From Clostridia bacterium (GTDB lineage: Bacteria; Bacillota; Clostridia; Oscillospirales; CAG-272): DNA of 64,000 bases. The DNA is taken from NCBI GenBank assembly GCA_017483305.1, contig JAFULC010000023.1, positions 16,702 to 80,701 on the forward strand. The letters are read 5' to 3'. Position 1 is the first letter of the stretch; every line of letters starts with the position of its first letter. The notes beneath the pieces were generated by a model that saw nothing but the letters and a program-made list of their open reading frames with translations, was not told where the DNA came from and searched no databases. Below are positions 16,704 to 26,012 of the stretch, one piece after another. The translations under genes and the position numbers were made by a program.

Positions 16704-16836
16704 GACCCCTCTCTCTTTCCCAAGAACCTTCAATAAATGACCGAGCATGGCGTTAAAAGCGCCTAATAGGTGGAACGTATTGACTTTTTGATGTAAGATG
16801 GTATAATTCAGATAAAATATCAATACAGAAAGGACA

Positions 16837-17631
16837 ATGATAACTATGCAGGAACTTATAAGGGTCAAAAATCTGTCCAAGACCTTTAAGCTTTCTTCCA
16901 AGCAACAGAAAATAGAAAAGACGAACGAAAAGGTTCGTCGCGCAGTCGATGGGCTTTCATTCGAGGCTTACGAGGGCGAGATCTTCGGCTTGTTAGGACC
17001 TAATGGCGCAGGTAAAACTACTACGCTTCGTATGCTTGCGACTCTGATCAAGCCCGACTCGGGAGATGCCGAGATCGACGGCTACAGCGTCGTCACCGAG
17101 CCTGACAAGGTTCGTCAGAGAATAGGATTTCTCACGAGTGAATTGAAGCTTGAGGAATTCTTTACGCCTAACTATCTTTTCGACTTTTTCTCTTCTCTGC
17201 ACGGAGTTGATCCCGAGGTGAGCGCAAGGAGAAAATTTGAGCTTTTCAGACGCTTCGGCATCGACAAATTTGCCGAGGTCAAGGTTGCGGATCTTTCAAC
17301 GGGTATGAAGCAGAAGACCTCGCTTGCGGTCTCTCTTGTGCACGATCCCGATATTATTATATTTGATGAGCCGACCAACGGTCTGGACGTGCTTACGGCA
17401 AAGGTGGTTACCGACTTTTTGATCTCCCTGAAGGAAGCGGGCAAGACTATCATCGTATCGACTCATATTTTCAGTCTTATAGAGAAGCTTTGCGACAGAG
17501 TCGGAATAATCATCGACGGAAAAATGGTGGTTTGCGACACGCTTGCAGATCTCTGCGGTGAAAAGTCACTCGAGGATAAATTCTTCGATATTTTCGCAGA
17601 CTACACCGAGGCGAAGGGAGGCGAGATCTGA
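16837..17631 (+). CDS. ABC transporter ATP-binding protein (NatA-like, ABC-2 exporter type)
   Basis: Walker A is GPNGAGKTT, the signature is LSTGMKQK, and Walker B is IIIFDEPTNGLD. An alternative start at 16846 is possible. Confidence 0.85.
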   Translation: MITMQELIRVKNLSKTFKLSSKQQKIEKTNEKVRRAVDGLSFEAYEGEIFGLLGPNGAGKTTTLRMLATLIKPDSGDAEIDGYSVVTEPDKVRQRIGFLTSELKLEEFFTPNYLFDFFSSLHGVDPEVSARRKFELFRRFGIDKFAEVKVADLSTGMKQKTSLAVSLVHDPDIIIFDEPTNGLDVLTAKVVTDFLISLKEAGKTIIVSTHIFSLIEKLCDRVGIIIDGKMVVCDTLADLCGEKSLEDKFFDIFADYTEAKGGEI

Positions 17632-18806
17632 TGAAGAATTCGGCAATTTTTACGATCTTCAAAAAGGAGCTTTCCCGATTTTTTAAGGACAGGAGAACGC
17701 TTGTGGCTCTTATAATGCCCGGCATTCTGATCTATATGATCTACTCTCTTATGGGCGGCGCGATGTCCGATGCCTTTATGCCCGGCGACGAATATATGCC
17801 GCGAATCGTGGCGGTCGACCTGCCTGATTCGGTGGGCTCTATGATAGATTCCAATACCGTGATTCTGAGTATTATTGACGAGGATACTATCGACGAGGTC
17901 AAGGAGCAGATCGCCGATGGTGTGCAGGACATACTTATTGTCTTTCCCGAGAACTTTGACGAGCTTGTAGCTAATTACACCCCCTCGGGCAATACTCCTG
18001 CGCCGAACATTGATATTTATTACAATTCGACCTCGACCGACTCGACCGCGGCGTACACTTATATGTCGACTCTGCTGGATATTTACGAGTCCTCGATGAC
18101 CAACAAATTTGACGTGAATATGGGTGGCGGCGTGTACGATCTTGCATCGGACGAGGATATGACGAGCATGATATTCTCTATGATAATGCCTATGCTTCTC
18201 GTTATGCTTCTCTTCTCGGGTTGTATGGCAGTCGCTCCTGAATCAATAGCGGGCGAAAAGGAGCGCGGCACTATCGCGACCTTGCTTATCACTCCTACCA
18301 AGCGCTCTCATATTGCAATCGGAAAGATTCTTGCACTCTCCGTGATGGCTCTGATAAGCGGTGCTTCGAGCACGCTCGGTGTCGTTCTTTCCCTTCCCAA
18401 GCTGATGGGTGACACGGTCAGCATTGACGGCAGCGTTTACGGCGTTACCGACTATCTGATGCTTGCGGTCGTTATCCTTTCGACCGTTCTTGTCTTCGTT
18501 ACGGTGATCTCGATCATCTCTGCGTATGCCAAGTCGGTCAAGGAGGCAGGCTCTTACGTTACGCCCTTGATGATAGTTTCTATGCTCATCGGTCTTTCGG
18601 GTATGTTCGGCACGGTGGCAAGCAACACAGCTCTCTATCTGATACCTATATACAACAGTGTACAGAGCATGATAGGAATCTTCTCGTTCTCTGCCAGCGT
18701 TCCGAATATGATCGTGACGGTAATATCGAACATTGCCTTCACGGGAATAGGAGTATTCGTTCTCACGAGAATGTTTAACAGTGAGAGAATAATGTTCAAT
18801 AAATAA
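17631..18806 (+). CDS. ABC-2 family transporter permease (NatB-like)
   Basis: 391 aa. It has one N-terminal TM segment, a large extracytoplasmic loop and a C-terminal multi-TM domain. Its start overlaps the upstream stop by 1 nt (TGATG). Confidence 0.75.
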   Translation: MKNSAIFTIFKKELSRFFKDRRTLVALIMPGILIYMIYSLMGGAMSDAFMPGDEYMPRIVAVDLPDSVGSMIDSNTVILSIIDEDTIDEVKEQIADGVQDILIVFPENFDELVANYTPSGNTPAPNIDIYYNSTSTDSTAAYTYMSTLLDIYESSMTNKFDVNMGGGVYDLASDEDMTSMIFSMIMPMLLVMLLFSGCMAVAPESIAGEKERGTIATLLITPTKRSHIAIGKILALSVMALISGASSTLGVVLSLPKLMGDTVSIDGSVYGVTDYLMLAVVILSTVLVFVTVISIISAYAKSVKEAGSYVTPLMIVSMLIGLSGMFGTVASNTALYLIPIYNSVQSMIGIFSFSASVPNMIVTVISNIAFTGIGVFVLTRMFNSERIMFNK

Positions 18807-18844
18807 CCAAAAGATCCGTTCTCCTCGGAGAACGGATCTTTTGG
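18807..18844. terminator. Bidirectional terminator
   Basis: CCAAAAGATCCGTTCTCC TC GGAGAACGGATCTTTTGG is a perfect 18-bp stem. It lies between convergent genes. Confidence 0.75.
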
Positions 18845-19441
18845 TTATTTCGCTTTTTTCATAGGACGAAGGGTCTTAGGATCTATCGCGGCGCAGACGA
18901 TCACGGCAAAAATGCCTGTGAGGACTGTGGTGGGCAGCATATAAGAGCTGTTATAGATCAAGGAATACACCCAGACGTTCATATTCTCGGGACCGGACGA
19001 GCCCCAGAGGATGACACCCGAGAGAAAGCTTGAAACGAAACGGATAAGGCAGACTGCGACCGCGCCGACACAATAGCCTGCGATGCGCTTTTTGCCGAAA
19101 GGCTTTGCAAAAAGGTCTGCCGCGCCCACTACCGCAAACGCTACGAGATAGTCAAGCACTATGCAAAGCACGAGCGCCCACCACGTGCCTGCGGGCGGGA
19201 TATAAAATCCGAGCAGCATCTGAAGCAGCGAGTAGACAAATCCCGCGCCGACGCCCCAAAGCGTGCCGTGTCGGTAGGAATAGTAGATTATCGGGAGCAT
19301 GCTTATGGTTATCGTTCCCCCGAAGGGTAAAAGCGCGCCGACACCCGTAATCGTGTTGAGCCAGACACAGAGCAGCTCGAGCACGTAGGCAAGAGCCAAT
19401 GACAGAGCTCCCTCTGTGACACAAAGAATTCTTTTTTTCAT
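18845..19441 (-). CDS. thiT: ECF-type thiamine transporter S component
   Basis: The start was chosen at 19439-19441 (MKKRILCVTEGALSLALAYV...) after AAGGAGGAG. The 198-aa product has about 6 TM segments. It lies directly downstream of a TPP riboswitch. Confidence 0.75.
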   Translation of the reverse strand: MKKRILCVTEGALSLALAYVLELLCVWLNTITGVGALLPFGGTITISMLPIIYYSYRHGTLWGVGAGFVYSLLQMLLGFYIPPAGTWWALVLCIVLDYLVAFAVVGAADLFAKPFGKKRIAGYCVGAVAVCLIRFVSSFLSGVILWGSSGPENMNVWVYSLIYNSSYMLPTTVLTGIFAVIVCAAIDPKTLRPMKKAK

Positions 19442-19456
19442 TTGTGATCTCCTCCT

Positions 19457-19501
19457 TAAAAAATAAAAATTCATCCGCACGAAAAATCACGGTCGGATGA
19501 A
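19457..19501 (-). terminator. Riboswitch expression-platform terminator
   Basis: The minus strand reads TTCATCCGACCGTGATTTTTCGTGCGGATGAA followed by TTTTTATTTTTT. Confidence 0.7.
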
Positions 19502-19545
19502 TTTTTTATGAGGGCGGGCGTGGCTTGCCCGATTCACAAAGCTAT

Positions 19546-19640
19546 TCTATCAAAATCTTCCTACGCCGGTATTATCCGTATCAGGTACAAGGGTTCGGAG
19601 TTCTCCGTCTCAGCCTATCTCTCGCCACTGTGCACTCGTG
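19546..19640 (-). promoter_or_regulatory. TPP (THI-box) riboswitch
   Basis: The minus strand reads ...GGCGAGAGATAGGCTGAGACGGAGAACTCCGAACCCTTGTACCTGATACGGATAATACCGGCGTAGGAAG. It contains the conserved CUGAGA and ACCUGAU-GGAUAAUACC-GCG elements. Ends are approximate. Confidence 0.85.
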
Positions 19641-19700
19641 TCAAGCTTCGGCACCCCTGATTTTTTATGCGGTTTTTTGTCGGCTTCAGCCGACGGTTTG

Positions 19701-19729
19701 ATTATATCACTCATTCCCCTGCTTGTCAA
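19701..19729 (-). promoter_or_regulatory. Sigma-A promoter of the TPP riboswitch-thiT unit
   Basis: On the minus strand: TTGACA (19724-19729), a 17-nt spacer, then TATAAT (19701-19706) preceded by TGA. Confidence 0.65.
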
Positions 19730-19847
19730 TAGCTTTTGGATTTTTTGAGGCTGATTTTTTGTTTTTTTCAAATTGTCCGCGCAAATAAGTACAGGCAACG
19801 GTCTCATATACTCCTTTGTATAAACGTGTTTACAAAAGGAGACGGTC

Positions 19848-20546
19848 ATGATCATTTTCACTTTGATCTTAGCAGTTATCACCAAACTGCTAAGTCCGAT
19901 GCTGAGCATTGGGACTCAACAAAATTTTCCGCCTGCGCTATCGGGCGAGGAGGAGAAAAAGAACTTCTTGCTTATGCGACAGGGCGGTCGCACAGGAGAG
20001 GACGCGAGGCAGACTCTTATTCTGCACAATCTCAGATTGGTCGCGCACATCGTTCGCAAGTATTATTCGACGGTCAAAAATCAGGAGGATCTCGTATCTA
20101 TCGGGACTATTGGACTTGTCAAGGCGGTAGACACATTTAACGTCGACAACGGCACGAGGTTTGCGACCTATGCCGCCAAATGTATTCAGAATGAGATTCT
20201 GATGAATTTCCGTTCGCAGAAAAAGCACTCCTCCGAAATATCGATAAACGAGACTATCGACGTTGACCGAGACGGAAATCCGCTTTCGTATATGGACGTT
20301 ATCAGCTCCGAGGAGGATATGGCGAACGAGGTCGAGCGCAAGATACTCAGCGAGAAGGCGCTCAAATACATAAAGACCGTGCTCTCCCAGCGCGAGCGGC
20401 AGATAATCGTTATGAGATATGGTCTTTTCGGGGTCAAGGAGCTGACACAGCGCGAGATCGCGGAAAAGCTGGGTATATCCCGCTCCTACGTTTCGAGGAT
20501 CGAAAAAAGCGCTCTTGAAAAGCTCAAAAGCGCGCTTGGGGGGTGA
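19848..20546 (+). CDS. sigK: Sporulation sigma factor SigK (pro-sigma-K, uninterrupted)
   Basis: 232 aa. It has a hydrophobic pro-sequence followed by NFPPALSGEEEKKNFLLMRQG, then HNLRLVAHIVRKY, SIGTIGLVKAV and ISRSYVSRIEKSAL. These are closer to B. subtilis SigK than to SigE as I recall them. The RBS is AAAGGAG. Confidence 0.85.
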   Translation: MIIFTLILAVITKLLSPMLSIGTQQNFPPALSGEEEKKNFLLMRQGGRTGEDARQTLILHNLRLVAHIVRKYYSTVKNQEDLVSIGTIGLVKAVDTFNVDNGTRFATYAAKCIQNEILMNFRSQKKHSSEISINETIDVDRDGNPLSYMDVISSEEDMANEVERKILSEKALKYIKTVLSQRERQIIVMRYGLFGVKELTQREIAEKLGISRSYVSRIEKSALEKLKSALGG

Positions 20547-20795
20547 TACGCCGCAGGCGGATAGTGAAGCTATCCTTCTACATATTGTTACGCCACAGGC
20601 GTGTAGTGGAGCTATCCTTCTACATATTGTTACGCCACAGGCGTGTAGTGGAGCTATCCTCCTAAAGATTAGCAAAGCTATCCTACTACGGATCGATACG
20701 CCGCAGGCGAATAGCGAGGCGTACTCCTCATCCACCGCAAGCGGTCCCCCTTCTCCCGCAGGAGAAGGCTATCACGCCGCAGGTGCGTAGGGGCG
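20547..20795 (+). repeat. Tandem repeat array, about 42-nt unit (2 near-perfect units plus degenerate copies)
   Basis: Units begin at 20547, 20589 and 20631 (TACGCC[A/G]CAGGCG..TAGTG.AGCTATCCTTCTACATATTGT). Degenerate units begin at 20697 and 20773. Each carries an ACGCCNCAGGCGT mini-palindrome. Confidence 0.85.
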
Positions 20796-20839
20796 GATTA
20801 CATATCCGCCCGTTATCATTCTGCGCTTTTCCGCGGTTT

Positions 20840-21208
20840 TTATCCTCGGCGTTTTCCACGGAACATTATTGCCGCGAGATAGCCGAAAACGAGCGCGGCT
20901 GAAATTCCGCCTGCGGCAGCAGTCAAGCCGCCCGTCAGGGCGCCGAGAAGTCCCTGCTTATCGACCGCTTCCCTGACGCCCTCGGATATGAGGTAGCCAA
21001 ATCCCGTAAGCGGCACGGTCGCACCTGCGCCTGCGAAGTCGACCAGAGGCTTATAAAGTCCAAGCGCCCCTAAAAGCACGCCAACCGTGACGTAGGTGAC
21101 GAGTATTCGCGCAGGGGTCAGGCGCGTTTTATCTATAAGGATCTGGGCGATCATACAGAGCGCGCCGCCTATCACGAACGCCCAGATAAATTTACTGAAG
21201 GTCTCCAT
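20840..21208 (-). CDS. spoVAE: Stage V sporulation protein AE (SpoVAEB-like)
   Basis: METFSKFIWAFVIGGALCMIAQILID...FAGAGATVPLTGFG matches the SpoVAE pattern. The start at 21206-21208 follows AAAGGAAG. Confidence 0.8.
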   Translation of the reverse strand: METFSKFIWAFVIGGALCMIAQILIDKTRLTPARILVTYVTVGVLLGALGLYKPLVDFAGAGATVPLTGFGYLISEGVREAVDKQGLLGALTGGLTAAAGGISAALVFGYLAAIMFRGKRRG

Positions 21209-21225
21209 ATTTTTTCTTCCTTTTA

Positions 21226-22218
21226 TCACGCTTCAAATGAGAGCAGGTGTCCGACCGCGGGTATCGACTCGCCCTGCTTGATGCTGTCAGGGCTCATCAT
21301 AGCGCCCGAGGCAACGAAAAGGGTCTTCTTGAATCTTCCCTTTTCCATTTGCGGCAGGACGTACGCCGAGAGCACGGATGCCGAGCATCCGCATCCCGAG
21401 CCGCCCGAGTGGGTATCCTGCGTGCTTTTATCAAAGATGAGGATGCCGCAGTCGGTATAGTTCTCCTCAAATTTATAGCCCTCGATATGCATAAGCTTGC
21501 GAAGGATAGACGAGCCCTCGTGACCGAGGTCGCCCGTCAGGATAAGATCGTAGTCCTCCGGTCTCTCTCCGCTCTCCGAGAAGAAGCGGCAGAAGCTATC
21601 GCATATCGCAGGTGCCATTGCCGCGCCCATATTGTTGGCATCGTTTATGCCCTTATCAATGACTCTGCCCGGCAGTCCTGCTTTGATCTTCACTGTTCCC
21701 GCATCGGTGTCACCGATGATGAATGCGCCCGAGCCTGTGACCGTCCACTGTGACGTGGGGGTTCTCTGTCCGCCGTACTCGATCGGCGTGCGGTACTGTC
21801 GCTCGGCAGAGCAGTTATGCGAGCTTGTAACGGCGGCGCAACGGTCAAATATCTTATGGGTCGTCAGGATCGAGGCAAGCATTATTCCCTCTCCCGACGT
21901 TGAGCAAGCGCCGTAGATCCCAAAATATGGGATCATACATCCAAGCAGTCCGTAGGACGAGCCTGCGCACTGGTTGAGCAGATCTCCCGCGAAGATCGCG
22001 CCGATGTCCTCAAAGCCGAGATCGGCTTTTTTTAGCGCCATATTGAAGGCGATCCTTTGCATCTCACTCTCTGCTTTTTCCCACGTGTTCTTGCCGAAGC
22101 GGTCATCGGTATCGTGTGTATCGAAAAGCGATCCGAGAGGTCCCTCAAACTCCTTTTTGCCGACCGCATTTCCCGTGCTTACAAAGGATGCGTCGAGCTC
22201 TATGATCTGTTTTCCCAT
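21226..22218 (-). CDS. spoVAD: Stage V sporulation protein AD
   Basis: 330 aa with a thiolase-like fold. Characteristic stretches are VGKKEFEGPLG...FD, YGACSTSGEG and SGGSGCGCSA. Confidence 0.85.
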   Translation of the reverse strand: MGKQIIELDASFVSTGNAVGKKEFEGPLGSLFDTHDTDDRFGKNTWEKAESEMQRIAFNMALKKADLGFEDIGAIFAGDLLNQCAGSSYGLLGCMIPYFGIYGACSTSGEGIMLASILTTHKIFDRCAAVTSSHNCSAERQYRTPIEYGGQRTPTSQWTVTGSGAFIIGDTDAGTVKIKAGLPGRVIDKGINDANNMGAAMAPAICDSFCRFFSESGERPEDYDLILTGDLGHEGSSILRKLMHIEGYKFEENYTDCGILIFDKSTQDTHSGGSGCGCSASVLSAYVLPQMEKGRFKKTLFVASGAMMSPDSIKQGESIPAVGHLLSFEA

Positions 22219-22288
22219 ATTTATGCCCCATTTTTGATGATTTTGCTCTTATTATTCGCCGTGGAGCGTGAAATATACAAAATTTCTA

Positions 22289-22317
22289 TTGAAATTTGGC
22301 GAGATATGTGGTACAAT
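22289..22317 (+). promoter_or_regulatory. Sigma-A promoter upstream of udp
   Basis: TTGAAA (22289-22294), a 17-nt spacer, then TACAAT (22312-22317) preceded by TGG. Confidence 0.55.
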
Positions 22318-22396
22318 AAGAAAAAGGGGGCAACAGGTTGCCCATAAAACGGATAAAAAATTTTTTCTCAATAAAAATAATACTTGGAGGTGTAAG

Positions 22397-23170
22397 ATGT
22401 TATCCTCACATGAAAAGCAGTACCATATAAACGTTTCGGAGGGTCAGGTGGGCAAATATTGCATTCTGCCCGGAGATCCCGGCAGATGCGAGAAGATCGC
22501 GGCTTTCTTTGACGAGCCTTATTTCGTTTCGTCCAACCGCGAATACACGATCTGGAACGGTAAGCTTTGCGGCGAGGTCGTTTCGGTCTGCTCGACCGGT
22601 ATCGGCGGTCCTTCGGCGGCTATCGCGATGGAGGAGCTGAAAAATTGCGGAGTTCACACCTTCATTCGAGTCGGAACCTGCGGTGGAATCGATCTTGACG
22701 TCAAGGCAGGCGACGTGGTCATCGCGAGCGGCGCGGTCAGACAGGACGGCACCTCGCGCGAGTACGCGCCTATTGAATTTCCCGCGGTCAGTGACCCTGA
22801 GGTTATGATCGCTCTGCGCGAATCGGCGGCGAAGCTTGGTTATTCCTCGCACACGGGAATCGTGCAGGCAAAGGACTCCTTTTACGGTCAGCACTCCCCT
22901 GCCCGCATGCCCGTAGCAAATCAGCTTCTCGACAAATGGGAGGCTTGGAAGCGTCTCGGCGTTCTCGCGAGTGAGATGGAGTCGGGTGCGCTGTTTACCG
23001 TGGCTTCGTTCCTGCGAGTACGTTGCGGATCGGTATTTTCGGTCGTCTGGAATCAGGAGCGCGCAGATGCGGGACTTGACACGGGTGCGGACGAGCACCA
23101 CGACACCGAGCGTGCTATTAAGGTTGCGATCGAAGCTTTGAAAAATATGATCACGGAGAGCAAACGATGA
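22397..23170 (+). CDS. udp: Uridine phosphorylase (PNP/UDP family 1)
   Basis: The start ATG at 22397 follows [20 protein letters not shown]...[18 protein letters not shown]...RVGTCGG...EMESGAL parallels E. coli Udp. Confidence 0.8.
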   Translation: MLSSHEKQYHINVSEGQVGKYCILPGDPGRCEKIAAFFDEPYFVSSNREYTIWNGKLCGEVVSVCSTGIGGPSAAIAMEELKNCGVHTFIRVGTCGGIDLDVKAGDVVIASGAVRQDGTSREYAPIEFPAVSDPEVMIALRESAAKLGYSSHTGIVQAKDSFYGQHSPARMPVANQLLDKWEAWKRLGVLASEMESGALFTVASFLRVRCGSVFSVVWNQERADAGLDTGADEHHDTERAIKVAIEALKNMITESKR

Positions 23171-23466
23171 AAAATAAAGATCAGATTGCACGGGATGATG
23201 GTTGCGGATGCGATGAAAGCATGTCGAAAAAAGAAAATCAGCCCGATCTTGAGACAAGGATATATATTGCGCTGCACAACGCCGAGAGGGTGGCTGTAAA
23301 GCTGGCGCAGATCAATCAAATACTCAAGAAGGAACGTAAAAAGAAGAGAAAAAAGAACAAAAAGCTTGGAAAGATCGATAAAAAGACAGGAACTCTGATC
23401 CTTAAGGGTCAGAAAAAGCAGAAAAAGGCAAAGCTATTCAAGCGGCACAAAAAGGTCGCAAAATGA
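23167..23466 (+). CDS. Hypothetical lysine-rich small protein
   Basis: 99 aa. Its start overlaps the udp stop (ATGA). The C-terminal half is about half Lys/Arg ([20 protein letters not shown]...[17 protein letters not shown]). Whether it is really coding is uncertain. Confidence 0.4.
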   Translation: MKNKDQIARDDGCGCDESMSKKENQPDLETRIYIALHNAERVAVKLAQINQILKKERKKKRKKNKKLGKIDKKTGTLILKGQKKQKKAKLFKRHKKVAK

Positions 23467-23528
23467 TCTGCTTTAGGTTTTGAGATCAAAAAAACGGCGT
23501 GATACGTAGAGTATCATGCCGTTTTAGC

Positions 23529-24302
23529 TTATTCTTCCGCACCTGCGGACAAAAACGCTTTCATTTTGTCGCTCTTGGGGTTTCCGAAGATCTCGTCGGG
23601 AGTTCCCTCCTCCTCGATGACTCCGTCTGCCATAAAAACAACGCGGTCGGAAACACGACGGGCAAACTCCATTTCGTGAGTTACGATTATCATCGTATGT
23701 CCGCTATCCTTTAAGGAGCGTATAACTCGCAGGACCTCGCTGGTAAGCTCGGGGTCAAGCGCACTTGTCGGCTCGTCGAAGCAGAGTATCTCGGGAGCGA
23801 GCATGAGTGCGCGAGCTATGGCAACTCTCTGCTGTTGACCGCCCGAGAGCTGACAGGGGTAGTCGTTTGCCTTTTTCTCAAGTCCTACTCTCAAAAGCAG
23901 ATCCTCGGCACGCGCTCGGATCTCGCCAGCCGATTCTCCTCCCGCAACGCCTTTTGAACGAAGCTTCGGGGCTAACATAAGGTTTTCGATAACGCTATAT
24001 TGGGGGAAAAGATTGAATTGCTGGAAAACGAGTCCGAAGGAAAGCTGAGCCTCGGGGCTGATCTCGGGCTTCTCTCCCTCCTTTGCACTATAAACCGTTT
24101 TTCCGTTTACGATTATCTCGCCGCAATTGGCGCGCTCGAGAAAGTTCATACAGCGGAGAAGCGTGGTCTTTCCGCCGCCCGACGAGCCGATGACAGAGAG
24201 CACCTCTCCCTTTTGCAAGACCAGATCGACGCCCTTTAACACCTCGGTGTCGCCAAACCGCTTGCGAAGATTTTTGATCTCCAGAATCTTCATTTTCGTC
24301 AC
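23529..24302 (-). CDS. Amino acid ABC transporter ATP-binding protein (GlnQ-like)
   Basis: Walker A is GSSGGGKTT, the signature is [15 protein letters not shown], and Walker B is [12 protein letters not shown]. Confidence 0.9.
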   Translation of the reverse strand: MTKMKILEIKNLRKRFGDTEVLKGVDLVLQKGEVLSVIGSSGGGKTTLLRCMNFLERANCGEIIVNGKTVYSAKEGEKPEISPEAQLSFGLVFQQFNLFPQYSVIENLMLAPKLRSKGVAGGESAGEIRARAEDLLLRVGLEKKANDYPCQLSGGQQQRVAIARALMLAPEILCFDEPTSALDPELTSEVLRVIRSLKDSGHTMIIVTHEMEFARRVSDRVVFMADGVIEEEGTPDEIFGNPKSDKMKAFLSAGAEE

Positions 24303-24303
24303 C

Positions 24304-24996
24304 TCATGCCTTAAAATAATCGAGTTTTTTCTCTAATCTGCCGAAAAGGAGAGTCAGCAGACCGACGAAGATAAGATAAAATCCGCCTGCCGCGAAGATT
24401 GGCCAGATCAGTCCGTCTACCGTCATAAATTCCTTCGCCTCGAATATAAGCTCATAGACCGCTATGGTGTTGGCAAGCGCAGTATCCTTGATGAGAGTTA
24501 TTATCTCGTTGGACATTGGTGGGATGATGCGCTTGATAACCTGAAGCAGAACTATTTTGAAAAAGACCTGCTTTTTAGTAAGTCCAAGCACCTGTCCCGC
24601 CTCGTACTGACCCTTAGGGATCGATTCGATGCCTCCTCGGTATATCTCGGAAAAATACGCCGCGTAATTTATTGCAAACGCCGCAAGGGCAGCTATAAAT
24701 CTTGTGGAAAAGGTGCTGTCGAACCACGCCCAGCCCGTATTCATCTGTGGCCAGACGAAGAGCTTGAGCAATCCCGGAAGATAAAATATCGCAAAGACCT
24801 GAAGCATAAGAGGTGTTCCGCGGAGCACCCACACGATCAGCTTCGAAAAAAGACTCAACGGCTTGAATTTCGACATAGTGCAAAAGCACATTACAAGCCC
24901 GAGGGGGATGGCGAGGATCAGGGTAAGGACAAACAGGAGCAGCGCTATTATAAAGCCGTTGCCGAGCTTGGCGAATACCTCAACAAAAAGTTCCAT
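24304..24996 (-). CDS. Amino acid ABC transporter permease (HisMQ family)
   Basis: 230 aa, multi-TM. It has an EAA-like loop ([22 protein letters not shown]) and lies adjacent to the ATPase and binding protein. Confidence 0.85.
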   Translation of the reverse strand: MELFVEVFAKLGNGFIIALLLFVLTLILAIPLGLVMCFCTMSKFKPLSLFSKLIVWVLRGTPLMLQVFAIFYLPGLLKLFVWPQMNTGWAWFDSTFSTRFIAALAAFAINYAAYFSEIYRGGIESIPKGQYEAGQVLGLTKKQVFFKIVLLQVIKRIIPPMSNEIITLIKDTALANTIAVYELIFEAKEFMTVDGLIWPIFAAGGFYLIFVGLLTLLFGRLEKKLDYFKA

Positions 24997-25022
24997 AAGA
25001 CACCTTTTTTACATCAATTTAA

Positions 25023-25805
25023 TTATTTAAGTGCGTCGGTATTAAGACCAACGTTGTATTTTTCAGCGAGGGCGGTCAGAGTACCGTCCGCATACTTTGC
25101 CTTCAGAAATGCATCGAGCTCGGCTTTCAGGTCGCTTCCCTTGCGCAGACCGACTGCGAAGATCTCGTCACCATAGCTTGCACCCTCCAAGATTTCAAGG
25201 TCTGCATACACGCCCTTACCTACCACGTTTTGAGCCATGGTTATATCAATGATCGCAACGTCACTTGTGCCTGCAAGCACCTCGTTGAGCGCATCTACCA
25301 TTGCGCCGACCTTGTTTATATTCGTACCCTTGACGGTCTCTTGCGCTACCGTAGCTCCTGCGGAGCCGTTTTCGACTGCTATTGCGGCATCCTTGACACC
25401 GTCTGCGGTCAGGGCGCTTCCCTTTTTAACGACCGCTACCTGCGCGTTCTTTGCATAGGATACGGAGAAATCGATCTTTTCTCCAAGCTCGTCGGATGCG
25501 GTCATACCGTTCCAGATGAGGTCGATCTGATTGGAGTTGAGCTCGGCTACCTTGTTGTCCCATTTGATGATAACGATCTGGCAATTGACGCCGAGGGTTT
25601 CGGCAAACTGCTGTGCGAGCTCTGCATCAAATCCTGTCCATTCGCCGTTTTCGTCGAGATAATCCATAGGGGGATATACTGTAACGCCGACTACTATCTT
25701 GCCTGCGTCCTTGACTGCCTGAACGTCGCTCTTCCCGCTGCCGCAGGAAATGAGAAGTGTACAAAGAATAACTGCTGTGAGAATGAGAGAAATGATTTTT
25801 TTCAT
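25023..25805 (-). CDS. Amino acid ABC transporter substrate-binding lipoprotein
   Basis: MKKIISLILTAVILCTLLISCGSG contains a lipobox. The body has the SBP family 3 pattern (YPPMDY...WTGFDAELA...DLIWNGMT). Confidence 0.85.
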   Translation of the reverse strand: MKKIISLILTAVILCTLLISCGSGKSDVQAVKDAGKIVVGVTVYPPMDYLDENGEWTGFDAELAQQFAETLGVNCQIVIIKWDNKVAELNSNQIDLIWNGMTASDELGEKIDFSVSYAKNAQVAVVKKGSALTADGVKDAAIAVENGSAGATVAQETVKGTNINKVGAMVDALNEVLAGTSDVAIIDITMAQNVVGKGVYADLEILEGASYGDEIFAVGLRKGSDLKAELDAFLKAKYADGTLTALAEKYNVGLNTDALK

Positions 25806-25873
25806 GATATTTGCCTCCGTTTTCTGTGCTTGCGCTTTAGCGCTTTAGCGCTTTACTTTGCTAAAGTAATGAC

Positions 25874-25902
25874 ATTATATCACGTTCAAAGCGACTTGTC
25901 AA
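25874..25902 (-). promoter_or_regulatory. Sigma-A promoter of the amino-acid ABC operon
   Basis: On the minus strand: TTGACA (25897-25902), a 17-nt spacer, then TATAAT (25874-25879) preceded by TGA. Confidence 0.6.
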
Positions 25903-26012
25903 TAGGTTTTTGAAAAATAATTTATTTTTTTTCGAAGGGATAGGAAATGAGGCTGTTTTGCGGACGTTGCGGGGGTAAAGCAACAAAAAGGACTGCGGTG
26001 CAGTCCTTTTTG

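Noticed and set aside
19848-20546. Checked sigK for interruption by a skin-like element.
   Set aside because: The reading frame is continuous from the pro-sequence through region 4 (ISRSYVSRIEKSAL). No split gene or recombinase is present.
19938-20735. A 265-aa minus-strand ORF spanning the sigK antisense strand and the repeat array.
   Set aside because: Its N-terminal part is a translation of the 42-nt tandem repeats (a repetitive ...ACGVTICRRIAPLH... peptide). The rest is antisense to sigK, so it is an artefact.
20547-20795. Considered as a CRISPR array.
   Set aside because: The repeats are directly tandem with no unique spacers between them. The units degenerate progressively, and no cas genes or leader are nearby.
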